Positions 1-9,539 of a DNA stretch of 61,166 nt are shown here, piece after piece. The position numbers were made by a program, and so were the translations under genes. This DNA is from Dehalococcoidia bacterium. Its GTDB lineage: Bacteria; Chloroflexota; Dehalococcoidia; GIF9; AB-539-J10. The first letter of the stretch is position 1. Every line of letters starts with the position of its first letter. The notes below the pieces were generated by a model, which was given only the letters and a program-made list of their open reading frames with translations, was not told the DNA's origin and ran no database searches. The stretch is taken from assembly GCA_009619075.1 (NCBI GenBank), contig WJOY01000039.1, positions 1 to 61,166 on the forward strand, read 5' to 3'.

Positions 1-1831
1 GTGCAAAAATTTGCCCAAAATCTGCTCTTTGAATCCGCAGAAGCTCTTCCAAAGCTTTCTCTTTGGCTCTACCCTCTTCAGCAATTATTACTCTCCTAAA
101 GTGGTCTATTCTATCGGGCTGGAAAAACATGTGCTCCGTTCTACAAAGCCCCACACCTTCGGCTCCAAGGTCTCTCGCTAGCTTCGCATCTTGGGGATTA
201 TCAGCGTTTGCCATGACCTTTAGCCTTTTAGCCAAATCCGTCCAAACCAAGAGTTCTTCCAGATCGCGACTAGGCCTTGGAGCGATAACAGGGAGTTTTC
301 CCGAGAGAACCTCCCCTTCGGTTCCGTCCAAGGTAATGTAGTCCCCTTTTCTGAATATTCTATTCCCCACGACAAATTCCTCTCTCCCCTCATTAATGTT
401 TATGCCACTTGCGCCCACTATACAACTTTTCCCCATACCTCGAGTCACCACTGCGGCGTGTGATGTTATTCCTCCCGTGGTGGTCAGTACCCCTATGGCA
501 GCCCTTATTCCCGAGAAATCATCAGCCGAGGTTTTATTTCTAACTAGAATAAACTCATCACCACCTTCGCGGGCGAGCTGAGCCAGCTCCTCTGGATTAA
601 ATATTATCTTTCCTGAAGCAACCCCTGGGGAGGCGGGAAGACCCGTAGCAATGACTTCTTTTTCCACTGTAGGATCCAGAGTAGGATATAATAGTTGCTC
701 TATATCCTCTGGAGCGATATAACGGAGAGCCTCCTTTTTGCTAATTAATTTTTCCCTCGCCATATCAATAGCAATTTTGATACCTGCTTGAGCTGTCCTT
801 TTCCCCGCCCTCGTTTGTAAGATCCATAATTTTCCATCCTGGATAGTAAATTCAATATCCTGTAAATCTTTAAAGTGTCGTTCCAGTCTCTGAGAAATGT
901 CAGAGAGCTCTTGGTAGCATTGAGGCATAATCTCTGCTAAATCGCTTATAGGTTTGGGGGTTCTAATCCCTGCTACTATATCCTCGCCTTGAGCATTGCA
1001 CATAAATTCTCCAAAAAGCTTCCTTTCCCCTGTTGATGGATCTCGAGAGAAAACAACTCCAGCACCACTTTCAGTCCCCATGTTCCCGAAAACCATAGCT
1101 TGAATATTTGCTGCTGTCCCCCACTCTGAGGGAATATCGTTAGCCCCTCTATATGCTATGGCTCTGGGTGTATTCCAGGACTCGAAGACAGCCGAGATGG
1201 CCCCCCAAAGTTGCATATAAGGGTCGGAGGGACACTCTTTACCGCTAACTTCTTTTATTTCGCCTTTCATCCTTTCTAGTAGATTCTTGAGACCGTCAGT
1301 TGAGAGTTCAGTATCTAGTGTAAGGCCCTTCCTCTCCTTTTCATCCTCCAAGAGTTTCTCGAAGACCTCCCCTTGCATTCCCATCACTATTTTGCCATAC
1401 ATTTGGATAAATCTTCGGTAGCTGTCATAGGCAAATCTTTCGTTACTCGTACCTTTTGCTAAGCCGCGAATGGTATTTCCATTTAAGCCTATGTTGAGTA
1501 TGGTGTCCATCATACCTGGCATGGATACTCTGGCACCCGACCTCACAGAAAGAAGTAGGGGATTTCCCTTATCGCCAAATTTCGCCCCGATAATTTTTTC
1601 TATTTTGGCCAAATTCTCATCTACTTGATGTTTTAATTCTTTGGGATAGCTCTTATTATTCTGAAAGTAAAAGTTACAGACCTCAGATGTAATGGTAAAT
1701 CCGGGGGGAACTGGGATTCCCATCCTTGACATCTCGGCGAGATTAGCTCCCTTACCCCCTAAAATATCCTTTAGCTCTGCTTTTCCGTCCGCTGTGCCAC
1801 CACCAAAAAAGTAAACGTATTTCGTTTCCAT
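1..1831 (-). CDS. ppdK: pyruvate, phosphate dikinase, N-terminal ~610 codons (3' end beyond left window edge)
   Basis: Absent from ORF track because it is open at the edge. My reverse translation from ATG (1831-1829) gives METKYVYFFGGGTADGKAELKDILGGKGANLAEMSRMGIPVPPGFTI, later AMVFGNMGTESGAGVVFSRDPSTGE and CRTEHMFF, all classic PPDK motifs. Confidence 0.9.
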   Translation of the reverse strand, partial: METKYVYFFGGGTADGKAELKDILGGKGANLAEMSRMGIPVPPGFTITSEVCNFYFQNNKSYPKELKHQVDENLAKIEKIIGAKFGDKGNPLLLSVRSGARVSMPGMMDTILNIGLNGNTIRGLAKGTSNERFAYDSYRRFIQMYGKIVMGMQGEVFEKLLEDEKERKGLTLDTELSTDGLKNLLERMKGEIKEVSGKECPSDPYMQLWGAISAVFESWNTPRAIAYRGANDIPSEWGTAANIQAMVFGNMGTESGAGVVFSRDPSTGERKLFGEFMCNAQGEDIVAGIRTPKPISDLAEIMPQCYQELSDISQRLERHFKDLQDIEFTIQDGKLWILQTRAGKRTAQAGIKIAIDMAREKLISKKEALRYIAPEDIEQLLYPTLDPTVEKEVIATGLPASPGVASGKIIFNPEELAQLAREGGDEFILVRNKTSADDFSGIRAAIGVLTTTGGITSHAAVVTRGMGKSCIVGASGININEGREEFVVGNRIFRKGDYITLDGTEGEVLSGKLPVIAPRPSRDLEELLVWTDLAKRLKVMANADNPQDAKLARDLGAEGVGLCRTEHMFFQPDRIDHFRRVIIAEEGRAKEKALEELLRIQRADFGQIFA

Positions 1832-1944
1832 TTTTTATCCCCTCTTTTCAGTCTTTGATTTTAGACACCTTGTATATTGTAACACTTGCTGCTGCCAGAG
1901 AAGAGCAAAGTCCGTTTAATGGCAAGTCCTACGGAAACCACCAT

Positions 1945-2931
1945 CTAGGGACGGCGAATCTTTTCTCGCAGTCTTGGCAATATATCTTTTGTCGCTTTGT
2001 ATCCTTGGGATATAGCTTCCTCAGCTTTGTGAAATCCAAACGTTCCAATACGGCTAACATCGGGATTTATGACTATATCTGCGGATTTTGATGCTAATCT
2101 AACTTTCTCATATTGCATGGCGTGAAATGACTGCATCAAGACCTCAAATATATTTGGAGTTTTGGGGTCTAGCTTTCCCCTGCCGGTATAAATTTTTGTC
2201 TTGGCAGTGTGAGAAAGCTCGTCAAAAATCTTAATCTTATCCCTGTTCTGACGTACCAAACTATCAATCTTCTTCTTCACCACTAATAAGCGTGTGCTCG
2301 CAAGGTGCTTAGTTGGCTTTGTCTTGTCTTTCTTTTCTTCTCGTCTGCCGCGCTCTGCTGTTTTCTGGCTAATGGCAAGCACATTTACTGCTATAACCAC
2401 CCCGGCTCCCATATTTCGAACAACATCTACAGGCATAGGATTGACTATCCCCCCGTCAATTAAGAATCTGCCTCCCCATTCTAGCGGGCAGAACATCACC
2501 GGTATGGAGATACTTGCTCTTAATGCCTCCAGCACTGAGCCTTCCATGATGACAACTTCCTCCATGCTTTCAACATCAGTAGCCACAACAGCAAGTGGTA
2601 TTTCTAAATCTTTGAACTTTACCTCTCCAGTGAGGCAACTCAAAAAAGATGTAACTGTTTGCCCTCGAACGAAGCCTTTTCCCACCAATATCAAATGCAG
2701 ATCAACCAGCTGAGCCAGTTTTTTCCAATCTATTCCTAGTGCTATCTCTTCTAATATACTTGCCTTTCTCTCTTTGGCATAGCAAGCGCCTACCATTGCT
2801 CCGGCACTTGTGCCAGCTATCATATCAATAGGAATTGATTCCGCCTCCAGGGCTTTCAATACTCCAATGTGAGCTAAGCCACGAGCGGCACCACCACTTA
2901 AGGCTAAGCCAATTTTTGGTCTCTCACGCAT
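1945..2931 (-). CDS. patatin-like phospholipase family protein
   Basis: ORF track 328 aa; GLALSGGAARGLAHIGVLKAL and AGTSAGA (GxSxG) patatin motifs. Confidence 0.85.
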   Translation of the reverse strand: MRERPKIGLALSGGAARGLAHIGVLKALEAESIPIDMIAGTSAGAMVGACYAKERKASILEEIALGIDWKKLAQLVDLHLILVGKGFVRGQTVTSFLSCLTGEVKFKDLEIPLAVVATDVESMEEVVIMEGSVLEALRASISIPVMFCPLEWGGRFLIDGGIVNPMPVDVVRNMGAGVVIAVNVLAISQKTAERGRREEKKDKTKPTKHLASTRLLVVKKKIDSLVRQNRDKIKIFDELSHTAKTKIYTGRGKLDPKTPNIFEVLMQSFHAMQYEKVRLASKSADIVINPDVSRIGTFGFHKAEEAISQGYKATKDILPRLREKIRRP

Positions 2932-2942
2932 TGAAATCTCCC

Positions 2943-3638
2943 TTAATCTTTGAGTGCATAATCTACAGCAGCTTTGGCATGTATTGCCGTGGTATCAAAA
3001 AGAGGGACTGGGCAATCTTCTTGTTTTACTAAAAGAGGCAATTCTGTGCAGCCTAAAATAATTCCCCGAGCGCCATCATCAACAAGACCTTTCATAATTG
3101 CTTTAATCTGCTCTCTGGATGAGTCCTTTATCTCCCCTAAGCACAATTCCTTAAAAATTACATTGTGGACTACCTGGCGGTCAGCTTCGTTGGGAATTAA
3201 AACATCGAGAGCATACTTCTCTTTTAGACGCCCCTTATAAAAATCCTCCTCCATAGTAAATGCAGAACCTAAAAGGCCAACTTTCTTAAAACCGACCGGA
3301 ATAATCCTCTCGGCAGTAACGTCAACGATATGCAGTAGGGGAATGTTTATATTTACGGCTACATCATCTGCCATTTTGTGCATTGTATTAGTGCAAATTA
3401 GAACAAAATCTGCGCTGCCGCTTTCTACTCTTTTAGCCGCCTCTATCATTAAATTTGTTGCCTCATCCCACTTTCCTTGGCGTTGAAGGTCTCCAATATC
3501 CGCAAAATCGAAGCTATACATCACGATTTTTGCCGAATGAAGCCCGCCCAATCTTTCTTTTACAGCTTCATTTATTATGCGATAATACTCTGCTGTCGAC
3601 TCCCAGCTCATCCCTCCAATAAGCCCAATTGTTTTCAT
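2943..3638 (-). CDS. aspartate/glutamate racemase family protein
   Basis: ORF 2943..3674; likely start at MKTIGLIGGMSWESTAEYY (M13); ICTNTMH and GCTELPLL motifs of Asp/Glu racemases. Confidence 0.8.
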   Translation of the reverse strand: MKTIGLIGGMSWESTAEYYRIINEAVKERLGGLHSAKIVMYSFDFADIGDLQRQGKWDEATNLMIEAAKRVESGSADFVLICTNTMHKMADDVAVNINIPLLHIVDVTAERIIPVGFKKVGLLGSAFTMEEDFYKGRLKEKYALDVLIPNEADRQVVHNVIFKELCLGEIKDSSREQIKAIMKGLVDDGARGIILGCTELPLLVKQEDCPVPLFDTTAIHAKAAVDYALKD

Positions 3639-3730
3639 AGTGATTCTCCTTTGTCTCCTAACGGTGTCTAACATTTTACGTGTTTACGAGGTGCTGAAGA
3701 CATTTGGGTAAGCGAACCGCAAACACGCTG

Positions 3731-4447
3731 TTATGTGCAGTCAAAATGATCATCGCATTTGTATGGCTTGTATCTATTTTCTTTTGCATAATCATTTATG
3801 ACTTTCCAAGTTTTATTTATTAACTCACCAGTTTTCGCCATGATAAAAAAGGCAACTATGTTATCCGACAGGCATATAGGACCTCTTGTATTCATGCCTC
3901 TGCGAACCTTTTGTCCAATCTGCGCAAAGTAACTCTCTCGTTTTACTCTTGGGATATACTGATAGCCCAAAATTAGTGAGTTAGAGTCCATGCGAGTGTA
4001 TAAAGCACTTAACTCACTATACTTCAAGTACTTATGACCATTTCCACTTCGCATACTCTTAACTTCAAATCCATTGTCTGGGTCGATTACTACTACCGAT
4101 CTATTAAGGATAGAAGAGTCAATGCTATCAAAATATTGTTCCCTTCCTGCATTTGAAAAATATTCATCCTCTTTATAGGGGTGGTATTCTATATTTTTGC
4201 TTGACATGAAAGAGCGAAGATTCTTTATATTCCTATTTGATTCCTTTATGCAGCCCTTTAGAAAATTGTCTAACTCTCTTCGTCTGCTTCCATCATAGTC
4301 GGTCCGACTGCCGTGACCAGAGGGATCATGTTCTGTGAGCATTGGAATAAAAGTAAAGCACTTTAAGTTGTCTATTTTCTCAATTAAAGTAAGAACCAAG
4401 TCATACTTAAGAAAATCATTTTTATCACCGAAATACTGATTTTTCAT
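3731..4447 (-). CDS. hypothetical protein, AT-rich orphan; RlmJ-like motif layout (GDKNDFLKYDL ... VVIDPDNG)
   Basis: 238-aa ORF, visibly AT-richer than flanks; N-terminal YFGDKNDFLKYDLVL and central VVIDPDNGFE resemble by eye the HAGNxADVLKH and DPPY positions of RlmJ-type enzymes, but the catalytic motif is altered. Confidence 0.55.
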   Translation of the reverse strand: MKNQYFGDKNDFLKYDLVLTLIEKIDNLKCFTFIPMLTEHDPSGHGSRTDYDGSRRRELDNFLKGCIKESNRNIKNLRSFMSSKNIEYHPYKEDEYFSNAGREQYFDSIDSSILNRSVVVIDPDNGFEVKSMRSGNGHKYLKYSELSALYTRMDSNSLILGYQYIPRVKRESYFAQIGQKVRRGMNTRGPICLSDNIVAFFIMAKTGELINKTWKVINDYAKENRYKPYKCDDHFDCT

Positions 4448-4525
4448 TTCACTAAATTTCCTCTATTTTGATTAAGCCAAAATTGGCTGGCGGGCGCTCG
4501 CTGTAGGCGAGTCTTTTTCCAACTT

Positions 4526-4614
<89 letters not shown>

Positions 4615-4615
4615 G

Positions 4616-4701
4616 CGGAGAGGGTGGGATTCGAACCCACGAGGCAATTGCTGCCCACCGCTTTTCGAGAGCGGCACCATCAACCACTCGGTCACCTCTC
4701 C
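4616..4701 (-). tRNA. tRNA-Ser(CGA), no encoded CCA
   Basis: Reverse complement GGAGAGGTGACCGAGTGG...CCGCT-CTCGAAA-AGCGG...long variable arm...GGGTTCGAATCCCACCCTCTCCG; anticodon CGA. Confidence 0.9.
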
Positions 4702-4812
4702 TTAGCTGGAGTAATAATTATACCATATAGTTCATATCAGCCACGTGCTTTATAGCTCGCCCTTTATATAGTATGATTGTCTCATGCCACTAAGCGCTAG
4801 GAGCTATAACCT

Positions 4813-5829
4813 TTGATTTGGTTCAAGTTTGTTCTATGTCTGGCCATCATCCTATTTGCCGGAACTAAGCTAGCTCGGTATGGGGATGCTATTGCCGAGA
4901 AGACGGGCTTAGGACGAATATGGATAGGTCTGGTGCTTCTTGCTGCTATTACCACCATGCCTGAGTTGGTCACTAGTATGAGCTCAGTTGCTTTGGTTAG
5001 GCCCCCCTCCCCCGATTTAGCTTTGGGCACCCTTTTTGGAAGTTGCTTGTTCAATCTCTCTATCCTGGCTTTGCTAGATATTCTGCACCGCTCTACCCCG
5101 GTCTTGACCGAAGCAAGTCTGAGACATACAGCATCGGCTGGCTGTGGGATATTGCTTATTGCTATTGCCGCTGGGGGTATCCTTGCTGGTGCGCGCTTTC
5201 CTGGAATGGCTCTGGGACGAATGGGCGTACCAAGCATTATTATTCTTGTGGTGTATTTGGTAGGTATGAGACAAATGTTCCTCTCTGAACGTGGCCACCA
5301 ATCGGCCACAGCGAAAGCTGATTCTCTCCAATATAAGGAGATCCCGGCAAAGACAGCATATCTCAGATTTGCATTGGCCGCGGCAGCAATTATTGCCGCT
5401 GGAATATGGCTGTCATTCATTGGTAATAAGATTGCCGAGACTACTGGTTGGGGGGCCAGTTTTGTTGGCAGTTTATTCCTAGCTATCGCTACCTCGGCAC
5501 CCGAGCTGGTAGTTGCTACAACTGCCCTGCGTATTGGAGCTATAGATATGGCAGTCGCCGATGTATTAGGCGCTAATATGCTTGATATCACCGTCATTTT
5601 CCCGGTTGACGTTTTTTATAGCAAAGGATTTATTCTCTCCTCAGTATCGGGTAGTCACCTTATTACTGCTGTGGTGGTAGTGGTGATGAACCTTCTTGTT
5701 ATTCTTGGGCTCAGGTTACGACAGAGGCGCAAGACTTTTATTGTCATTAGTTGGTATGCCCTGGCTTTAATCGGGCTTTATATCTTTGGCGCCTATGCCT
5801 TATTTACCTCAGGCACAAGCTTAGGGTAA
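4813..5829 (+). CDS. Ca2+/cation antiporter (CaCA, YrbG-like) family membrane protein
   Basis: 338-aa multi-TM ORF (TTG start) with two alpha-repeat motifs: AAITTMPELVTS and AIATSAPELVV. Confidence 0.8.
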   Translation: MIWFKFVLCLAIILFAGTKLARYGDAIAEKTGLGRIWIGLVLLAAITTMPELVTSMSSVALVRPPSPDLALGTLFGSCLFNLSILALLDILHRSTPVLTEASLRHTASAGCGILLIAIAAGGILAGARFPGMALGRMGVPSIIILVVYLVGMRQMFLSERGHQSATAKADSLQYKEIPAKTAYLRFALAAAAIIAAGIWLSFIGNKIAETTGWGASFVGSLFLAIATSAPELVVATTALRIGAIDMAVADVLGANMLDITVIFPVDVFYSKGFILSSVSGSHLITAVVVVVMNLLVILGLRLRQRRKTFIVISWYALALIGLYIFGAYALFTSGTSLG

Positions 5830-5941
5830 ACCCTTATTTAAATGATTACCCTTTTCTTGACTCAGCTTTCCACCGGGAATAATATACCAGTGATAATTAC
5901 AGATGCCACCTCAGCGTTAGAAAAATCCCTAGGAAGAACCT

Positions 5942-7030
5942 ATGATACATAAATGCCGCTACCTTATGTGGCTTATTTGGAAAAAGATTATTTACCGCCC
6001 GGTGTTATCGATCCTTCTCCTGCTAGTATTTGTCTACTTTGGTGCCACCTTCGCCGTTATGGCATATGAGAAGGTCGGGCTTGGCAGTGCCACAGCGCTG
6101 ATCTTACCTGCTTTCTTTGGCGAATTAGGAATAGTGGAAAGCCCCTTCTTAGCAGTCCGGATTAGCATTGTGGCTGGACTGATAGCTAGCATTACCTTTC
6201 TAGCCATCATTACGGCTAAAATCACAAGCTTGCTTGTTGAATTCATTAGAAGAGGAGGAAGCATGGTGAAAAAGGTCAATTTTTCGGGTCACATTGTAAT
6301 CTGTGACTGGAATTTCCAGGGAGAGCGAATCGTTAACCAGCTACTGTCGCCTAACCAGAAGCAATACCGACACATCGTGGTTCTGGCCAATACAGAGCAA
6401 CGACCGGTAAAGGATGAGCGTGTTGAGTTCATAAAGGGTGACCCCACTCAGGAAGAAAACCTGGTTCGAGCTGGGGTAATGAGAGCCGACAGCGTTATTG
6501 TGCTTACCGACCTTTCCAAGAGTGCTAATGAGGCTGATGCTGAAGCTCTTATGGTGGTGCTGGCAGTGGAATCGCTAAGCCGAAAAGTCCATACCTGTGT
6601 ACAGCTCCTTAACTCCGCTAACCGTATGCATTTGGAGCGCGCCCATGCTGATGAGATTATTTGTCTCGATCAGCTTGGAGGGAACCTTGTTGTGGCTTCA
6701 GCTTTAAATCACGGCGTTTCGCGCGTAGTGGCGGAGTTATTAACCTTCAATATAGGTAGTGAGTTCTACCGTTACGATGGTCACTTATCAGATGCACTGG
6801 TGGGGAAGGAGTTTGCTGAGGTGGTGCAGGTACTGACACAGCGACGCATGATTCTCCTGGCTGTGGAGACCAATTACTCGGAAGAACTGCGATCGCAACT
6901 AAGCGCTGATATCCTGTATAAGTTGCCAGAAGAGGAACGGGTGATGGTGGTTAATCCGCAGTCCCAGTACAAAATTCGCCAGGGCGATGCTCTCTTTGTA
7001 ATTGCAGAATCAGAGCCGACCAAACTCTGA
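5942..7030 (+). CDS. two-TM channel-like protein with RCK/TrkA-N and TrkA-C domains
   Basis: 362 aa; N-terminal TM helices then GHIVICDWNFQGERIVNQL Rossmann-like RCK motif; no canonical TVGYG filter seen (FFGELG instead). Confidence 0.7.
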   Translation: MIHKCRYLMWLIWKKIIYRPVLSILLLLVFVYFGATFAVMAYEKVGLGSATALILPAFFGELGIVESPFLAVRISIVAGLIASITFLAIITAKITSLLVEFIRRGGSMVKKVNFSGHIVICDWNFQGERIVNQLLSPNQKQYRHIVVLANTEQRPVKDERVEFIKGDPTQEENLVRAGVMRADSVIVLTDLSKSANEADAEALMVVLAVESLSRKVHTCVQLLNSANRMHLERAHADEIICLDQLGGNLVVASALNHGVSRVVAELLTFNIGSEFYRYDGHLSDALVGKEFAEVVQVLTQRRMILLAVETNYSEELRSQLSADILYKLPEEERVMVVNPQSQYKIRQGDALFVIAESEPTKL

Positions 7031-7195
7031 AAGCTATGGTGTGGTGGTGCAGTAGTAGTAATAGTGAGCCTTCTGGTTATTGCTGGACTAAGGTTACGAC
7101 AGAGGCGCAAGACTTTTATCGTCATCAGTTGGTATGCCGTTGCTCTGACCGGGCTTTATATTTTTGGCGCCATGCTTTATTCATTTCAAACATAG
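7031..7195 (+). pseudogene. remnant of a CaCA antiporter 3' end (duplicate of 5671-5829)
   Basis: Translates ...VVVIVSLLVIAGLRLRQRRKTFIVISWYAVALTGLYIFGAMLYSFQT*, compared with VVVVVMNLLVILGLRLRQRRKTFIVISWYALALIGLYIFGAYALFTSGTSLG* at the end of the intact gene; 29-nt identical core. Confidence 0.65.
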
Positions 7196-7315
7196 GCTTA
7201 CGGTAAGCCCCTGTGGTTGTGTCTCCTGGAGCGATGTTGTGTGAAGTTTTAGCAACACTTTAGGCCATCCAAAAGTGTTGATTAAATCACCTTGGAGTGC
7301 TAAACTGCGTTCGTG

Positions 7316-7387
7316 GCCCCTGTAGCTCAGAGGATAGAGCACTGGCCTCCGGAGCCAGGTGCAAGGGTTCGAGTCCCTTCAGGGGTA
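7316..7387 (+). tRNA. tRNA-Arg(CCG)
   Basis: GCCCCTGTAGCTCAGAGGATAGAGCACTGGC-CTCCGGA-GCCAG...GGGTTCGAGTCCCTTCAGGGGTA. Confidence 0.9.
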
Positions 7388-7416
7388 TATTCTTAACTAA
7401 AGGAGGTGTTTATGAT

Positions 7417-7998
7417 ATGGCGCAACTAAAAAGAGATCCAATTGGGATAAGGTGGCATGGACGGGGCGGTCAAGGAGCAGTGACCGCAAGCAAGATCTTA
7501 GCAGAGGCAGGGAAATCTGAAGATAAGTATTTTTTGGGCTTGCCTGATTATGGAGCAGAGCGTGCCGGAGCTGCTATGCGCTCCTTTACTACGGTGAGCA
7601 CTAAGCCAATAAGGGCTCTTTGTGAGATCGCTGAACCTGATGCAGTAGTGGTGCTCGATTCCACGCTTCTTGATGAAGTTAATGTGGTGGCTGGGCTTAA
7701 GGAGGACGGAGTGCTTGTGATCAATACCACTGAATCTCCGGCTAATATTCGTTCTAAGCTAGGCTATAAGGGGAGAATATATGCTGTTGACGCTACTTCC
7801 ATTTCTATAAAAAACTTAGGTAAAAATATCCCCAACATTCCTATGCTTGGCGCTCTAGCTCGGGCTGTCGAAGTAGTAAGCAAAGAAAATTTGGTTAAAA
7901 TGATTAGGGAATCACTCGGCGGTAAATTTAAAGAAGCAGTTGTTGAGGGAAATGTGAAAGCCTTTGAAAAGGCTTATGAGACGGCTCAAGCGGGCTAA
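7417..7998 (+). CDS. porG: pyruvate/2-oxoacid:ferredoxin oxidoreductase gamma subunit
   Basis: ORF 7297..7998 trimmed to ATG 7417 behind AAGGAGG (7400-7406), because the upstream part overlaps tRNA-Arg; IRWHGRGGQGAVTASKILAEA motif. Confidence 0.85.
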   Translation: MAQLKRDPIGIRWHGRGGQGAVTASKILAEAGKSEDKYFLGLPDYGAERAGAAMRSFTTVSTKPIRALCEIAEPDAVVVLDSTLLDEVNVVAGLKEDGVLVINTTESPANIRSKLGYKGRIYAVDATSISIKNLGKNIPNIPMLGALARAVEVVSKENLVKMIRESLGGKFKEAVVEGNVKAFEKAYETAQAG

Positions 7999-8022
7999 AA
8001 ATCTTTTGGAAGGAGAGTGCAA

Positions 8023-8325
8023 ATGCGGCTAAAGAGTTGGAAAGAATTAGAGACAGGTGTGGTAATTCTCGAACCAGGTAACTCGGTACTGTACCGGACA
8101 GGCACTTGGCGTACTTTTCGTCCAGTAATTGACATGGAGAAGTGTACTCATTGTATGTTTTGCTGGCTTTATTGCCCAGATGGCTCCATTTTAGTTAAAG
8201 ATAGTAAAGTGATAGGGATTGATTATGAACACTGCAAAGGTTGTGGAATTTGTGCCTATGAGTGCCCGAAGAAGGTGATCACCATGATAGAAGAAGTTAA
8301 AGCAAGAACGGAGGAGGCAAAATAA
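8023..8325 (+). CDS. porD: 2-oxoacid:ferredoxin oxidoreductase delta subunit (4Fe-4S ferredoxin-type)
   Basis: CTHCMFCWLYCPD and CKGCGICAYECP cluster motifs; ATG 8023 behind GGAAGGAGAG. Confidence 0.85.
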   Translation: MRLKSWKELETGVVILEPGNSVLYRTGTWRTFRPVIDMEKCTHCMFCWLYCPDGSILVKDSKVIGIDYEHCKGCGICAYECPKKVITMIEEVKARTEEAK

Positions 8326-9530
8326 TGACTGAAGTTATGGTAAGAAAGGCTGAAGTTAAAGCTCTTGAAGGTGATAAGGCAGTTACTGAAGCCATGCGTC
8401 AGATAAATCCTGATATCGTGGCTGCTTATCCTGTTACTCCTCAAACTGAGATTGTTATGGAGTTCAGCCAATTCGTCGCCGAAGGTTTGGTAGATACTGA
8501 GTTCATCCCTGTGGAAAGCGAGTTTGCTGCTATGAGCTCTTGCGTAGGGGCTTCTTGTGCCGGTGCTCGAGCCATGTCAGCTACCTGTGGGCCGGGATTA
8601 GAACTCATGTGGGAAAACCTCTGGGTTGCCTCAGGGCTTCGCTGTCCTATTGTGATGGCAGTGGTTAATAGGTCTCATGCCGCTCCCCTTAATATACTTA
8701 CAGACCAGACCGATATGATGGGATCTCGTGATACAGGCTGGGTTCAAATTTACGCCGAAAACCATCAAGAAGTCTACGATAACTTTATCCAGGCGGTACG
8801 CATAGCAGAGCACCCCGATATTCTCTTGCCAATAATGTCTGGTCACGCTGGCTTTGTTTTAGGGCATACTCTGGGTCGAGTTGAAGTCTTACCCGATGAG
8901 GTGGTAAGGAATTTTGTTGGAGAGTATAAACCCCTTTATTCCCTCTTAGATATAGATCATCCTAAAACTTTTGGAGCTTACGATCACTGGGATTATTTCT
9001 TCGAACACAGACGTCAGGTATTCGAAGCAATAAATAACGCCTTAAGAGTTATCCCTGAGATCGGGCAGGAATATGGCAAAATTAGCGGGAGGTATTACGG
9101 ATTAGTTGAGCCCTACAGGCTTGATGATGCCGATGTGGTGATTATGATCATAGGTTCAGGGGCGGGTGCCTGCCGGGAAGCCGTGGATGAGATGCGAGAA
9201 AAGGGCACAAAGGCAGGGATGCTTAAAGTTCGTTGCTTCCGTCCCTTCCCAGCCGAGGAAGTGGTAAAGGCCCTCAAGGATAAAAAGGCAGTGGCAGTGA
9301 TGGATAGATGCGCCTGCTTTGGTGCCGAGGGAAGTCCTTTATTCACCGAGACCTGCGCAGCCTTCTTCAATCGTGGTCTACGCATGAAGCTCATCGATTA
9401 CTTTTATGGCTTAGGTGGTCGGGACACTGTTCCCTCTGAATTTTGCGACATTTTCCGCGAACTATCTCAAATTGCCGAGACCGGTGAGATTAAGCCGCCG
9501 CTCGTTAGATATCTTGCCGTTAGAGAGTAA
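8325..9530 (+). CDS. porA: 2-oxoacid:ferredoxin oxidoreductase alpha subunit
   Basis: 401 aa; start overlaps porD stop; typical alpha-subunit sequence (AAYPVTPQTEI). Confidence 0.9.
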   Translation: MTEVMVRKAEVKALEGDKAVTEAMRQINPDIVAAYPVTPQTEIVMEFSQFVAEGLVDTEFIPVESEFAAMSSCVGASCAGARAMSATCGPGLELMWENLWVASGLRCPIVMAVVNRSHAAPLNILTDQTDMMGSRDTGWVQIYAENHQEVYDNFIQAVRIAEHPDILLPIMSGHAGFVLGHTLGRVEVLPDEVVRNFVGEYKPLYSLLDIDHPKTFGAYDHWDYFFEHRRQVFEAINNALRVIPEIGQEYGKISGRYYGLVEPYRLDDADVVIMIIGSGAGACREAVDEMREKGTKAGMLKVRCFRPFPAEEVVKALKDKKAVAVMDRCACFGAEGSPLFTETCAAFFNRGLRMKLIDYFYGLGGRDTVPSEFCDIFRELSQIAETGEIKPPLVRYLAVRE

Positions 9531-9539
9531 GGAGGTAAT

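Noticed and set aside
4797-5597. 266-aa minus-strand ORF
   Set aside because: It is antisense to the well-supported CaCA antiporter gene. It has Ala/Pro/Arg-rich low-complexity composition typical of antisense frames.
7028-7195. Programmed TGA readthrough fusing the RCK channel to the CaCA remnant
   Set aside because: The in-frame arrangement has a 1 in 3 chance expectation and there is no recoding signal. It is reported only as a note within the duplication finding.
7297-7416. N-terminal 40 codons of the listed ORF 7297..7998 (MLNCVRGPCSSEDRALASGARCKGSSPFRG...)
   Set aside because: This stretch is the tRNA-Arg(CCG) gene read as protein. The real porG start is ATG 7417, behind a strong RBS.
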